The notes beneath the pieces are model-generated. The model was given only the letters and a program-made list of their open reading frames with translations, did no database searches and was not told where the DNA came from. Positions 25,672 through 39,327 of a stretch of DNA of 64,000 bases are shown here, piece after piece; within the stretch, counting starts at the first letter, position 1; each line of letters begins with the position of its first letter. Location: NCBI RefSeq assembly GCF_006345805.1, contig NC_043010.1:37262001-37326000 (forward strand), given 5' to 3'. A program made the translations under genes and the position numbers. Source of the stretch: Octopus sinensis (taxonomy: Eukaryota).

Positions 25672-26860
25672 GGATGCGCCTGTGTATGCAAGTGTGCATA
25701 TGTGCATGCATTACTGTCAGGAGTGTACTATTGAAACTCTCAAGCTGAACTTGTCCTACTCGTCTTTTCGCAGAAAAACCAAACCCAGCCGAATAAAAAT
25801 GATAAATAAAATAAAAGTAAAATGTGCGGGTGTTGTTGAATGGGTATGTGGCCTGGTGCAGTGGGGTAGGTGGGCTGAGGGTGCCTTAAAGGGTGATGGG
25901 TGAAGGGGAGACCATACAGAAAATCCAAGCAAATTGGGCCAGTGTGCTGTTTGTTGCTAATCTCTCTTGACAAGGGGCTGCCAGACAACAAATCCCCTTC
26001 ATAACACCACCACTACCACCACCACCACTACTATAACCATCATCATTACTACTATTACCACTACCATTACTCCCACCACCACCACCACTACATCCATCAC
26101 CAGGACTACCACCACTGCTGTTACTACTACTACTACTACTACTACTACCCTTACCATTAACACCACTATTTCTACAACTATTACTTCCACCACTACTACT
26201 ATCCTACTACCACCACTACTCCTGCCACCACTATCACCTGTGCCATCACCACCACTGCTGCTGCTGCTACTACTACTACTATAGAAACAAGATAATTTAT
26301 TAATTTAAAACCTGAATTTTGTGTAAGATGTTGGTCAGTGGGAGTGGTTGTTTCCATGGATGGGGGGAGTAGTGGCTATCAGGGGGACAGGGTGCAAGAT
26401 TCTTATTGTCTTTGATTTCTTTTTTTAGATTATTGTGTGTGTGTGGAGGGGCAAGGGGTAAAAATCAAAACAGAGGAAAGTAAAAAGGAAAAGAGAGGAA
26501 AAAAACAAACCTACATAGGTTCAAGTCTTCAGTGCCTTAACTAAATACTAATGGGGGTCATGAGGAAGAAAACTGTTTGTTCTTCCTCTTTGTTGTATTA
26601 TTGTCTATGAATCTATGCTTTTGGCCTTTTCATACACACTATCACATACATACATACATGCATACATGCACATATACACATGCACACATACACACACACA
26701 TACACACACACACACACACACTAATAGGTTCTATGGCCTATCCCAACAATCATTATTAATTATATTATTACCAATAATTAGTATTATCAATTATGTTGTT
26801 ATCAATCATAAGTTAATTAATGCGAGCATGCACAAGTGTGTTTTTGTTGTTGTTGTCGTC

Positions 26861-26891
<31 letters not shown>

Positions 26892-27269
26892 AGCTCTGAG
26901 TCGGCCCTGATCAAACAAACCTTTGATAAATTACATATATCTGACCCGCAGATATTCTTCTACTTGTTTCAGTCATTTAACTGTGGCCATGTTGGAGCAC
27001 TGCATATAGTCAAACAAATCAACCCAAGGACTTATTCTTTATAAGCTTAGTACTTATTGTATCGGTCTCTTTTACTGAACTGCTAAGTTACGGAGACAAA
27101 CCCAAGTATATATATACATACATACATACACATATATATCCTTCTTTCCTTTCCTTTCCTGAGTGTCTAATAACACAATACTTGTTCCATGTCCTCGCGT
27201 TGTTGTGTTTTCTCTTTGTGTTTTTATGTTTGGATTAACTATATATATATAATCAATCAAAACAAATCA

Positions 27270-27752
27270 AAATAGATGAACATCAATGGAATTTGTATCT
27301 TTGTGGTACCAGTGCCGGTGGCACACAAGAAAACCATCCGAACGTGGCCGTAGCCAGTACCGCATCGACTGGCCTCCGTGCTGCGGGCACGTAACAAACA
27401 CCATCCGATCGTGGCCGTTCGCCAGCCTCATCTGGCACCTGTGTCGGTGGCACATAAAAACACCATCCGAGCGTGGCCGTCTGCCAGCCTCGTCTGGCAC
27501 CTGTGTCGGTGGCACATAAAAAACACCATCCGAGCGTGGCCGTTCGCCAGCCTCGTCTGACACCTGTGTCGGTGGCACATAAAATCACCCACTACACTCT
27601 CGGAGTGGTTGGCGTTAGGAAGGGCATCCAGCTGTAGAAACACTGCCAGATCTGACTGGCCTGGTGCAGCCTTCGGGCTCCCCAGACCCCAGTTGAACCG
27701 TCCAACCCATGCTAGCATGGAAAACGGAGGCTAAATGAATGATGATGAATGA

Positions 27753-27755
<3 letters not shown>
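27270..27755 (+). mobile_element. family C element with internal 62-63 bp tandem units
   Basis: cggtggcacat recurs at 27445, 27507 and 27570, followed by ggttggcgttaggaagggcatccagctgtagaaac and a (GAT)n tail. Confidence 0.85.
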
Positions 27756-27789
<34 letters not shown>

Positions 27790-27792
<3 letters not shown>

Positions 27793-27953
27793 CCATAGGA
27801 GTGGCTTTGTGGTAAGAAGCTTGCTTCCTAACCACATGGTTCCGGGTTCAGTTCCACTGCGTGGCACCTTGGGCAAATGTCTTCTGCTATAGCCTTGGGC
27901 CAACCAAGACCTTGTGAGTGGATTTGGTAGACAAAAACTGAAAGAAGCCCATC

Positions 27954-27986
<33 letters not shown>

Positions 27987-28195
27987 CACGTATATATATT
28001 TGTGTGTGTGTCTGTGTTTGTTCCCCCACCATTGCTAGACAACAGATGTTGGTATGTTTACATCCCGATAATTTAGCAGTTCAACAGAATAAAGACTAGA
28101 CTTACAAAGAATAAGTTAATTTACTTGACTAAAGGCAGTGCTCTATCATGGCCGCAGTCAAATGACTGAAACAAGTAAGAGAATAAAAGAAAATA
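27790..28195 (+). mobile_element. family A SINE
   Basis: Full head-to-tail match to family A. Confidence 0.85.
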
Positions 28196-28214
28196 AGATA
28201 TATATATATATATA

Positions 28215-28830
28215 CTGATACTTATTGTATGGACCCCGAAAGAATGAAAGCAAAGTTGGTCTCAGCAGAATTTGAACTCAGAATGTAAAGCCAGGAGAAA
28301 TGCCCCTAAACGCTTCGTCCAGTGTGCCAACAACGGTTCAACCTTAAACTGCCTTTATAATAATAATAATGATAATTCTTTCTGCTAAAGGCACAAGGCC
28401 TGAAATTTGGGGTTTGGGGTCCAGTCGATTAGATTGACCTCAGTGTGCAATTGGTACTTAATTTATCGATCCCCGAAAAGATGAAAAGCAAAGTTGACTT
28501 CAGTGGAATTTGAACTCAGAATGTAACGGCAGATAATAATAATGATGATGATGAGGAGGATGACGACGACGTCGTCAGTGGTTTCTGATTTTGGCACAAT
28601 ACCAAGAATTTTGAGTTGAGAAGATTAGTTGGGACCTCTGATTCCGGTGCTTGGCTGGTACATTGTTATCCGTCTTGGAGAGGTGAAAGGCAGAATTGAT
28701 GTTTGACTTTGGCAAGATTTGAACTCAGAATGTAAACAACCAAAAGAGTACTTGACCGATACTTTATTTTATTGACTCTACCAGGTTGGAAAAAAAGAAG
28801 GTTGACTTTTTCAGGATTTGATCTCTGAAT
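28215..28830 (-). mobile_element. cluster of degenerate family B SINE fragments
   Basis: Repeated gaaaag(c)aaagttgac...gaatttgaactcagaatgtaa blocks. Confidence 0.7.
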
Positions 28831-29725
28831 GCGTTAATATATACAGTTTGTACCATAATTCCTGCCAACTTCCACCTCCTCCACTTACAACTGCTACTAC
28901 TACTATTTTCATAACTGTAATAGTTTTCATCTTTGTATGTATGTGCATGTTTAAAAGCAAATGTGTTTGTATATATGTATGTATGGGAGTGTATAATTAT
29001 GCTCGCTTGTATTTATGTCTATGTGTGAGTGTATGTGCATGTGTATATATCTGAGTATGAATGTGTACATATATGTATATATTTGTGTATGCATATTTAT
29101 GTGTGTGTGTGTGTGTATGAATATTTATATGTTTGTATTTGTGTATGTGTGTATATATAAGTATTTGTGTGCGTATGTTTCATTAAAAGAAATTTTGTAT
29201 TAACAAAAAATAACTGGACAAATGAAAACAAGCAAGGAAATGTGAAAAAAAAAACCCAATAAATATATAACTATTTGTTGTTATATCAAAGAAAATATTA
29301 ATATACAACACCACACCTCTACTGAAATTGTAACAGAACAGCCTGGTGGTGCACAAGCTCTATTGAGTTGTAATATGTACCCAACTGTAGGTTATGCTAA
29401 CGGTAGAAGAAACCCAGTGTTGAGGGTACCATAACAAGCTAGCAAGTACATTGAACTCTACTAGATATGTGTGCACAAGAAGCAATGGATGGGAGGCCTT
29501 TCTCAACATCATTTTGATTTATTATCACTGTCACTGTAATGTGGAAGGTAGGTGGTCACTGCTGTTGCTGTGTGGCAGAAATGGTATACAGTCAGGCAAG
29601 ATTGGTAAGCAAGGGTGGAGCGTATTGTTCTGAGTTTGGTTCTTTCTCAAGTTTTCAGATTTTTAAATCCCACCCATTACTGTTTCCTTCATCCATCCTA
29701 TTGCATCATGGAGGTTGATTTCTTT

Positions 29726-29819
<94 letters not shown>

Positions 29820-29881
29820 TTCGTTTTGGGATTTGGTTTGCAAGATTCTTTATGTGAGTTCGTGTGTTGAAGCATATTCTG

Positions 29882-30067
29882 TTGTGTCTGGGGAGAGTCA
29901 TTTTCTTTTTGTGCCTTATTATTTAACACACTCACCGGAACTATTGAAAAGGTTGCAAGACGCAACAAAAATTTTAGTACAATAAAAGTAAGAAAAAAGT
30001 GGAAATTTTACCGGTGAGTGTGTTACATTATAAGGCACAAAAAGAAAATAACTCTCCCCAGACACAA
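29882..30067. repeat. 57-bp inverted repeat with 72-bp spacer
   Basis: ttgtgtctggggagagtcattttctttttgtgccttattatttaacacactcaccgg (29882-29938) is the near reverse complement of 30011-30067. Confidence 0.9.
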
Positions 30068-30683
30068 AAGTATATATATGTATATTATAAATTTGGGATT
30101 TTACAAATAGGACCACAACTTCAATTTCAGAACAACCTTATTTTCTGGAGTACACATAGAAAGTTATATCCTAAATACTAATATAATAATATTAGCATTT
30201 TAAAGCCTACTATAACATACAATAAAAATAAAGTACATTAGAATTAATTATAAATTATTTACTCTTTTACTTGTTTCAGTCATTTGACTGCGGCCATGCT
30301 GGAGCACCGCCTTTAGTTGAGCAAATCAACCCCGGGACTTATTCTTTGTAAGCCCAGTACTTATTCTATCGGTCTCTTTTTTGCCGGACCGCTAAGTGAC
30401 GGGGACGTAAACACACCAGCATCGGTTGTCAAGCAATGCTAGGGGGACAAACTAAAAAATATATATAGCTTACTTGTTATTAGTCTGTGGGGAAAGAAGA
30501 TAATATTAATCAACACTACACGTGTTTCAGCCCTGGTGGTTTGTTTTACCAGGCTATACCTAATACATAAATGCACCTGTGCATCCTCAGGCTATTTTTC
30601 TCTTTTTATTATTATTATTATTATTAACAGATCCAATTTAATCCTACAAATTCTACAATATCTTCATTAAAAATAAAAATAAG

Positions 30684-30715
<32 letters not shown>

Positions 30716-30837
30716 ACTTCCTAATATTTTTTTTACAAAATTTAAAAGATTTTAAAAATTAGAAAATTTTTAAGAATTCATAAAAATTTTATAAAATAAA
30801 ATTAAACGCCTAGAAATATAATAGCGATATGATGATG

Positions 30838-30890
<53 letters not shown>

Positions 30891-31812
30891 AGTGCTAAAC
30901 AAAGAAACCTCATCAGCTGTTTTATAAACACATTGAATTAAACCCCCTATCTATATAAAAATTACGGGAAATTTATTGTGAAATTTACCCCTATCAATAC
31001 TGGTATATATTACCATTGTTATGTGAAATGTAAGTTAATAATATTTAAACAGTAAAAACCTCCATATATGTTATAAATTTATTGAATAAAACTAGTAAAT
31101 GAAACTATTTTCCAAAATTAACAATATATATATATATACACACACATATATGTATGTTTGTTCCTTCTCGAGCTCATTAGGGGCAGTTTCCTTGGCTTTG
31201 GTCAGCCTGAGGCTATAGTAGAAGACATTCACCCAAGGTTCCATGCAGTGGGACTGAACCCGGAACCAAGTGGTTGGGAAGCAAGCTTCTTACCACACAG
31301 CCACTCCTGCGCCTGTATATATATTTCTTTCAGTCTTTCTGTGATTGATGAAATATCTACCCCAGGGAGTATTGGGCTCATTGTACAACATCAGTTGCAC
31401 GCCTCTCTTGTTGTGATATATTTTCATGTTAACAGTCTGCACTGAAGACTAATAAGACACAGGTTGAAATTTCAACCTTTCAGTTTTCAGGCAAAAATAT
31501 CTTCCCTCTGGAGATTATAAGAATCAAATTAATTTTGAGCAAGTTTACTCTTTTACTCTTTTACTTGATTCAGTCATCTGACTATGGCCATGCTGTAGCA
31601 CCGTCTTTTTAGTCAAGCAAATCGACCCCAGGACTTATTAAACCTAGTACTTTTTCACATGCCTACGCCTACAAATAATAAATATATAATAAACATTGTT
31701 TTGGTTCATATGCTTGCTCTATGCCAACATTTCTCGACCATTTTTCTCCCCTATGAACACCTTTGCTTCCTACTTTGCTCAAGTGAACCCTTATAGCCAT
31801 CAAGTGTTTAAA

Positions 31813-32255
31813 ATCATCATCATCATCAATTAACGTCTGCTTTCCATGCTAGCATGGGTTGGACGATTTGACTGAGGTCTGGCGAACCAGACTCCAATCT
31901 GATCTGGCAGAGTTTCTACAGCTGGATGCCCTTCCTAACACCAACCACTCCAAGAGTGTAGTGGGTGCTTTTATGTGCCACCGGCACAAGGGCCAGTTTG
32001 GTGGTACTGGCAACGGCCATGCCCAAATGGTGCTTTTTACGTGCCACCTGCACAGGAGCCAGTCCAGTAACATTGGCGATGACCTCGCTCGGACATTTCA
32101 CATGCCACCAGCACAAATGCCAGTAAGGCAACATGGTAACAATCACGCTTGAATGGTGTGCCTAACGTACCATCAGCACGAAGGACAGCTTGTTGCTCTG
32201 GCAACAATCTCACTCGTATGGTACTCTTAGCGCTCCACTAGCAACGGATGCCAGA
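31813..32255 (-). mobile_element. family C element with diverged internal subrepeats
   Basis: (cat)n tail, ccatgctagcatgggttgg, ggatgcccttcctaac, then repeated tgccacc...gccagt units. Confidence 0.8.
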
Positions 32256-33430
32256 TTTTTATAATTGAATATCATTAGGAATCATATCAAAAAATTGTTA
32301 AACTATTTTGTGAATGGAAGAGGTATAACCAATTTATTGCTCATAAACATTTAATAACAAAATCTTATATGGATTCTCGAGGCTCATAGGGACTCTTGTT
32401 GAGAACCACTGCTCTATGTTATGTTATATAATTCTTCTCATATACTAATTGCTGAATGAGCTCCACTAGATTATCTCTTTTGGATAGTGATTGATTGCAT
32501 ATTGTTTGGTACATCATCATCCTTGTCATTTGGCTTTGTCATTTTTATGTTTGCTTGTACTTTGCTGGCATGAGTTGGTTGAGAATTGTTGAGATAGTAT
32601 TCCATAAATGGCTGCTCTAACTGTCACCAATCTTATTCACACCTTGTCATCTTAAAACAGGAGATGAGCACATGAAATAATGCAGTTGGAGATACACTTT
32701 GTCTCAAAACACAAATTAAACAGAAGGTCATGGGTGGAACATTTTTGATCATTAGTTGCATGACTTATGGCTTTCCAGTTACTATCGAAATTTATCTCAC
32801 CCACAAGAACAATTGCTGGTGTTAAAATTGTGATTGCAAAACACCTGTCACCAACGAAAAATTAATTGATTCTCTTTGGAAAATCCCAAAGATTTGTGGG
32901 TGATTGTTATCAACACTGCTATGAATTGCTATATGTAACCCTCTAGGGGTCAATATTAACCACTTTTGAAATATAAATAAACAATGATATGTTGTGTAAT
33001 TTAACTCTTTATATTAAATCAGCAGATCTCTAGAGTAACAGATCGCATATTCTGAATATTTGTTTTAGGACATACTCATAAGGAGACAACCAACTCTCAA
33101 GAGGGGTGTTTGACGAGCCACTGAGAGTGGTGGGAGGAAAGAAATAATCAGAGACCTGGCCTGATACAGATTGGATTCTGCTGAAGGCATTTAAGTGGTG
33201 GTGGTGGTGGTAATCATGTAAGCAATGAATTAAGTTTACCACCAACAACCACAGGCAATCCATAGTCCATCTAATTCCTGCTCTCTATCCAATTTCCACT
33301 CTCAAGATTTGGGCCGGTCTCAAGGTATGGTAGGGGACACATATTGTGGGTGTGACTGAAGGGCATTGAAAACCGAAGTACATGATTGTGTAGCAAACTT
33401 CTGCAGCATACACCCATGTCCACACTATTG

Positions 33431-33483
<53 letters not shown>

Positions 33484-33695
33484 TCCATATATTGTTTGTT
33501 TCAGTCATTGGACTGTGGCCATGTTTAGGTGTCACCTTGCAGGGTTTCTGTTAACCATGTTGACCCTACTAGTTATTTTATAGTCTGGAGTACATTTCAT
33601 TGGTTCTTGTTTGTTGACCCTTCAGGTAACAGGATATAAACAAAGAAACCATTTTTTTCCAAATAGGGCTAGTTTAAAGACAGACATAGAGACAG

Positions 33696-33726
<31 letters not shown>

Positions 33727-36717
33727 CACACACTCACATACAAACCCATGCATACACACACACACACACACATACAAACCCATGCACACACATACTTACT
33801 CACACACACCAATGTAGAGTTGTGTGGTTAAGAAGTTTACTTCAGAGACATGTGGCTTGGTGGTCAGTGCTACATTGAGGCACCTGGAGCAGGTGTCTTC
33901 TATGTCACCTGACCAACCATAGTCTTGGGGGTAGGTTTGGTGAACAAAAACTGAAAGAAGCCCATCTTATGTGTGTATGGGTGGGTGTTGTGTGTATATG
34001 GGTGGGTGGGTGTTTCCTTGTCCTTGATATTATGCACAAACTTTAAACAAACCTCACCACCATCATGCAACCATCAGCAGTCATCTGCAGTCTTTTGTGG
34101 GAACATCTCTGAACTTTGTAGTGTTTATGCTCAAAAGAGTAAGAAAAATATTTCCTTACTTTGAAACAGGTGGTAAGAAGATCATCTAGCTGTAGAAAAA
34201 CTACCTCAACAAATCTCATCTGACTTATACGGGTACAGAAAACCGGACATTAAAGCAATGGCAATAACAATGATGTGTGTGTGTGTGTGTGTGTTGTGTG
34301 TGTGTGTTTGCACAGCATCAGGTCAAAAGTAACTCAGCTTGGGGAAATTCACAATACATATGTAAGTTAAAAGTGAGTTTCATTTAGTTTGGAAAAGCCC
34401 AATTCCTTTCTCATGTTCTCTCTGGATTTTTCAACAACTGCCCCCCCCCTCTCCCCATACATACACCTAATGCTGTTTTAGAGCAAGCCTTAGGAAATAT
34501 ATCTGCAAATTAGTATTTATGTATTTACGTATGTATATGTGTGTGTTTGTTCACATGAGTGCTTGAATGTGTGTGTTTGTGTTGTTGCTACACACACACA
34601 CACACACGCACACTTTTATGCATCTATGTATATATTCAGGCAGCGTATAGCATGCGATATTTTGCATAAACTTGTATGTGCTTGTGTGTGTGTGTATTAT
34701 TGTGTTCATTTATTTGACATGCTTAAACCCCACCCCTCCACCATGCTGTCCCCACACTCCAAGATATACTGTCTCCCCTCAACCTGCCCCTATCACCACC
34801 ACCACCACCACCGGTATAAAATGTTTGAAATATTTATGAGTCATACATTTAATATTAGATCCCCCCCTCCTTTTTTGTAATAATAATATTCTACCATCAG
34901 CCATAGATTAAATTTTCTCAAGAGCTTCCACCTTCCACCCCCTCTCCCGGCCTCTGTCTCTGCCCTTGCATCACACACGCTCACACACATACACACACAC
35001 ACACACTCACCCCTTTCTTCACCTCTTTCCTATTTGTCCCTTCTCTCTGTTTCTCTGTCTGTCTCTCCCCCCCTCTCTCTCTCTCTGCATATACATCATC
35101 AAAGGTCATACAAGAAACTATAAGAACAACAAACAGCAAAATGTAGGGAAAAAAAAGTATGAACAACAACAACAAATAATGTTAATAACAACAGCAACAA
35201 CATTAATAAATAATAATGATGATGATGATGGTAATGATGATGATAATAAAATTTTTTTTAAAAATGCAAACAAATCCCCCAACCACCCTTACCCCCACCC
35301 CTCACCTTGTCCTATCCCCTCACCACCTTCCACAGACTCCAAGAAGAAAACTTTGAAATCAGAGAGACAGAGAGAGAGAACAAGGAAAGAGAAAGTGATT
35401 TTCAAATTTTCTGTGGGGAGTATGTATGTTGATGTAGGGAGGGGGGTGTAATGGTGGTTCTGTATTTTTATGTTTGAAATAAAATTAGTTGTTGTTGTTG
35501 CTGTTTAGCCCCAGGCCTATCTTGTTTGAGCAAACCTATGATGCAAGTCATTCTATCCATGACCATCTCATCTCATATTTCTATACATCAGGAACTATAT
35601 TGCCCCAGTTTGTCTTCCTTTTTGAAAAACAGTTGTGTTTTGAGGACAGTTTGGCTACTGTTTCTATAATAAAATTGGTTGTTGTTGCTGTTGTATAATT
35701 CCTGGCCAGCCCACATCAAGGACATCCCGACCATGCCCACCCTGTCTTTTCCTCCTTATGTGCAAGAAATCCGAGATCCTGTTATCCAACGTGTCCTCTT
35801 CTAAGATTTTAGGGAGGTGATTTGAGGGATATTTGGATACCATTTTGAGAATGTCTATCAATCACTTAGAGGCTCCCTTCCTGATTTGGGAAAAAGAATT
35901 TGGTATCAGCAAGGGTTGGGAAGAGAGAATTTAAAGACTCTGTGTATACATATGTGTATGTTGATGTGTCTGTGTAAATGTGTGTGTGTTTGATGTGAAA
36001 TTGATGGTAGCAGATGGTGTATGTATGCAAGAGAATAGGGAGGGGCATACAAAATGATGGGGGGGGAGGGTGAAGAGGGGCATAAAATTTATATACCTGT
36101 ATATGTTTTTTTTGACTATGTAGCTAGGTGCATCTGTTTTTGCACATGTGTGTGTGTGTATATATATAGCTAAATAAATATATATATATATATATAGTTA
36201 TTGATATACACATATATGCCTCCATGTGTGTCCATGTATATATAGTTATAAATACACACATATATGCCTCTGTGTGTGTGTGTGTATGTGTGTGTATGTG
36301 TGTGCACAAAGGCACCCACCCACACATATGCATATACGCACATAATATAAACCAGTGCTAAACTCTGCTATAAGACCAGATTACCTAGAGAAATGTCTTC
36401 CTCTACCATTAATTACCAAGCATCACTGTTATTTCATCTAATCTTTCTTTTTTCCTTTACTTTATTTCCTTTCCTTATCAGTTTTTCTTTTATTGAACTT
36501 TATTTACTTCACTAACTCTCTGCAGTCTTCGGTTCAAAAACTCGGCACACTCACTTTCTTCTTTTCTTTTTTTTTTTACTTACCCACCCCTACACTTTTT
36601 TCCCCAGTTTCTTCTTTGCAGTTTAGAGTTTTAGCCAGTCTTTTTTTTTTCCCCTCCTTTTTCAGATCTGTGTCCTACTGGCAAATTAATATATAAACAT
36701 ACATACATATACACACA

Positions 36718-36784
<67 letters not shown>

Positions 36785-36944
36785 ATCATTACTACTTCTA
36801 CTATTATTTTTAATAAAGCACTCCCTTGCAGTTTGTATTTTCCACATTTCTTCTCTATAACGTTGGTTTTTTGGGGCGCTCTTGTAATAAAAATAAAAAT
36901 TAGATAATAATAACAGTATGAACAACAATTAGAAGAAGAATGAT

Positions 36945-37795
36945 TTCAAATTTTGGCTCAGGGCTAGCAATTTTGGGGTGGTAAGTTGATTAGATGGAAC
37001 CCCCACCCACCCCAGTGTTCAAGGAGTACTTATTTTATCACCCCCCGCCCCCCAAAGGATGAAAATCGACTTAGGTGGAATCTGAACTCTGAATGTAAAG
37101 ACGGACGAAATACCATCAAGCATTTTGCCAGCTCACCATTTTAACATCAACAACAACAATAACAATCCTTTCTTACTATAGGCACAAGTCTATTTTGAAA
37201 TTTTGCAGGAGAGGACTAGTTGATTATACCGACCCCCAATGTTTCACTGTTACTTAATTTATTGACACCCTTCCTCAAAAGGATGAAAGGCAAAGTTGAC
37301 CTCGCCAAAGTTTGAACTCAGAACGTAGTGACGGGCAAAATACCTCTAAGCATTTCGTTCAGTGTACTAATGATTCTGCCAGCTCACTGCCTTAACAATA
37401 ATAATAATGGTTATAACTTTTGGCACAAGGCCAATAGTTTTTAGAAGGCAGGAAATTAGTCCCATACATTGACTGGTACTTTGTCTTATCAACTTTGAAA
37501 GGATGAAAGGCAAAAACCAGCCTCAGTTAAGTTGGAATTCAGTGTGTAGAGAACCAGAAATACCTATTTCTTTACTACCCACAAGGGGCTAAACACAGAG
37601 AGGACAAACAAGGACAGACAAATGGATCAAGTCAATTATATCGACCCCAGTGCGTAACTGGTACTTTATTTATCGACCCCGAAAGGATGAAAGGCAAAGT
37701 CGACCTTGGTGGAATTTGAACTCAGAACGTAACTGCAGATGAAATACGGCTACGCATTTCGCCCGGCATGCTAAAGGTTCTGCCGGCTCGCCACC
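36945..37795 (-). mobile_element. head-to-tail array of about four family B SINEs of differing divergence
   Basis: Four successive ggatgaaa(ggc)aa...gaa(tt)tgaactc blocks in the same orientation; 37565-37795 is near-intact. Confidence 0.8.
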
Positions 37796-37903
37796 TTAAA
37801 GAAGAAATACCACCAAACATTTGGTCTGACATGTTAACAATTCTGCTAGCTTGCTGCTCTAATAATAATAACAATAATGATAATAATAATAATAAAAATA
37901 ATC

Positions 37904-38247
37904 ACAAGAGCACTCAAAGAGCACAAACCTCTGCCAAGGCAACCTCAACATCCTCTTAACAATTCGCCAGAGATGATTTTTAAAATGAGAATATCTGAAA
38001 TAAACTTGACTGTTCTCACAAATGAGAATACTAAAAATTAAGTAAAAAAAAGTGGAAAAATAATCAAGAATCCTTGTCCGGTACCAGATTGATCCAAAAA
38101 TCTAATCAGTTTGTGCCAGTCATGAAGTCAAACATCCCTGAATGTTTCATCCAAATCCATCCAGCTGTTCTTGAGATATCTTGTCCATGGACAAACAACC
38201 AAACACAACTGAAAACAATACCCCCACCTTTGCTAAGGCAGAGGTAA
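37904..38247. mobile_element. non-autonomous Helentron/HINE-like element, second copy
   Basis: Colinear with 22463-22817, including the terminal hairpin. Confidence 0.6.
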
Positions 38248-39094
38248 TAATGGTTTCAAATTTTGCTGCAAGGGCAGCCATTTTGGCAGAGGAGACGTGT
38301 CGATTACATTGACTCCAGTGTTTCACTGGCACTTGATTTATCAACCCCAAATTGATGAAAGCAAAGTCGACCCCAGCAGAATTTGAACAAATCTGGTGAT
38401 AAAATGAAATTGACAATCTTTGCTTCAGCATTGTATTTTAGAAGTGAACACTTCAATGAAGATTTTCAGTTGCTCACTGTCACAAATAAAATTATTATAA
38501 AGATACATTTAAATATATATTAAGGTAGATAGTATGTTGGTCAGTTAGTCAGTCTGGTTCACCTTGGTAATTTGCCTTTCACTTGTATATTAACAGCTTT
38601 CCTCCCTATGTTTATCTCCATTATGTCATTAACTTTTCCACACAAGCCAATGTCATTTCTCTGTCTTGTTTTTTAACACACATACTTATCGTCATTATTA
38701 TCAATTTAGCATCCACTTTTTCATGCTTTCATGCACAAGATGAAACTCAAACTCAATTAAGCACATTTTTTGTGGCAGGATGCTGTTTCTTTCACCAACT
38801 CCCATCTGTCTCAAAGCTATGTAATATTTCCTTTAATCCTAGCCTTTCAAATACAAATGACTGAACAATATCTTCATAGAAGATTGCAGATGAATGACAC
38901 TATCTTTTTTTGTTTTTGTTTTGAAGATGAACAGTGACTTTGTTTACAACCTGTGCACAAATGTCAAGACAAGAACACACACACACACAAACACAGAGGC
39001 ACTGGTATGGCACTTTGGGCAAGTGTCTTCTACTAAAGCCCTGAATCCACCAAAACCTTGTGAGTGGATTTGGGAGACAGAAACTGAAAGAAGC

Positions 39095-39327
39095 CGGCGA
39101 GCTGGCAGAAATGTTAGCATGCCAGGCGAAATGCTTAGTCATATTTTGTCTGCCGTTACATTCTGAGTTCAAATTCCATCGAGGTTGACTTTGCCTTTCA
39201 TCCTTTCGGGGTCGATTAAATAAGTACCAGTTACGCACTGGGGTCGATGTAATCAACTTAATTCACTTGTCTGTCTTTGTTTGTCCCCTCTGTGTTTAGC
39301 CCCTTGTGGGCAGTAAAGAAATAAGAA
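39095..39327 (+). mobile_element. family B SINE inserted into an A-related SINE
   Basis: Flanked by gaaactgaaagaagcc / gaaaccaaaagaagcc (imperfect TSD). Confidence 0.85.

Noticed and set aside
27385-27590. Regularly spaced repeats resembling a CRISPR array
   Set aside because: The units are contiguous 62-63 bp tandem copies without unique spacers, inside a eukaryotic retroposon, with no cas genes.
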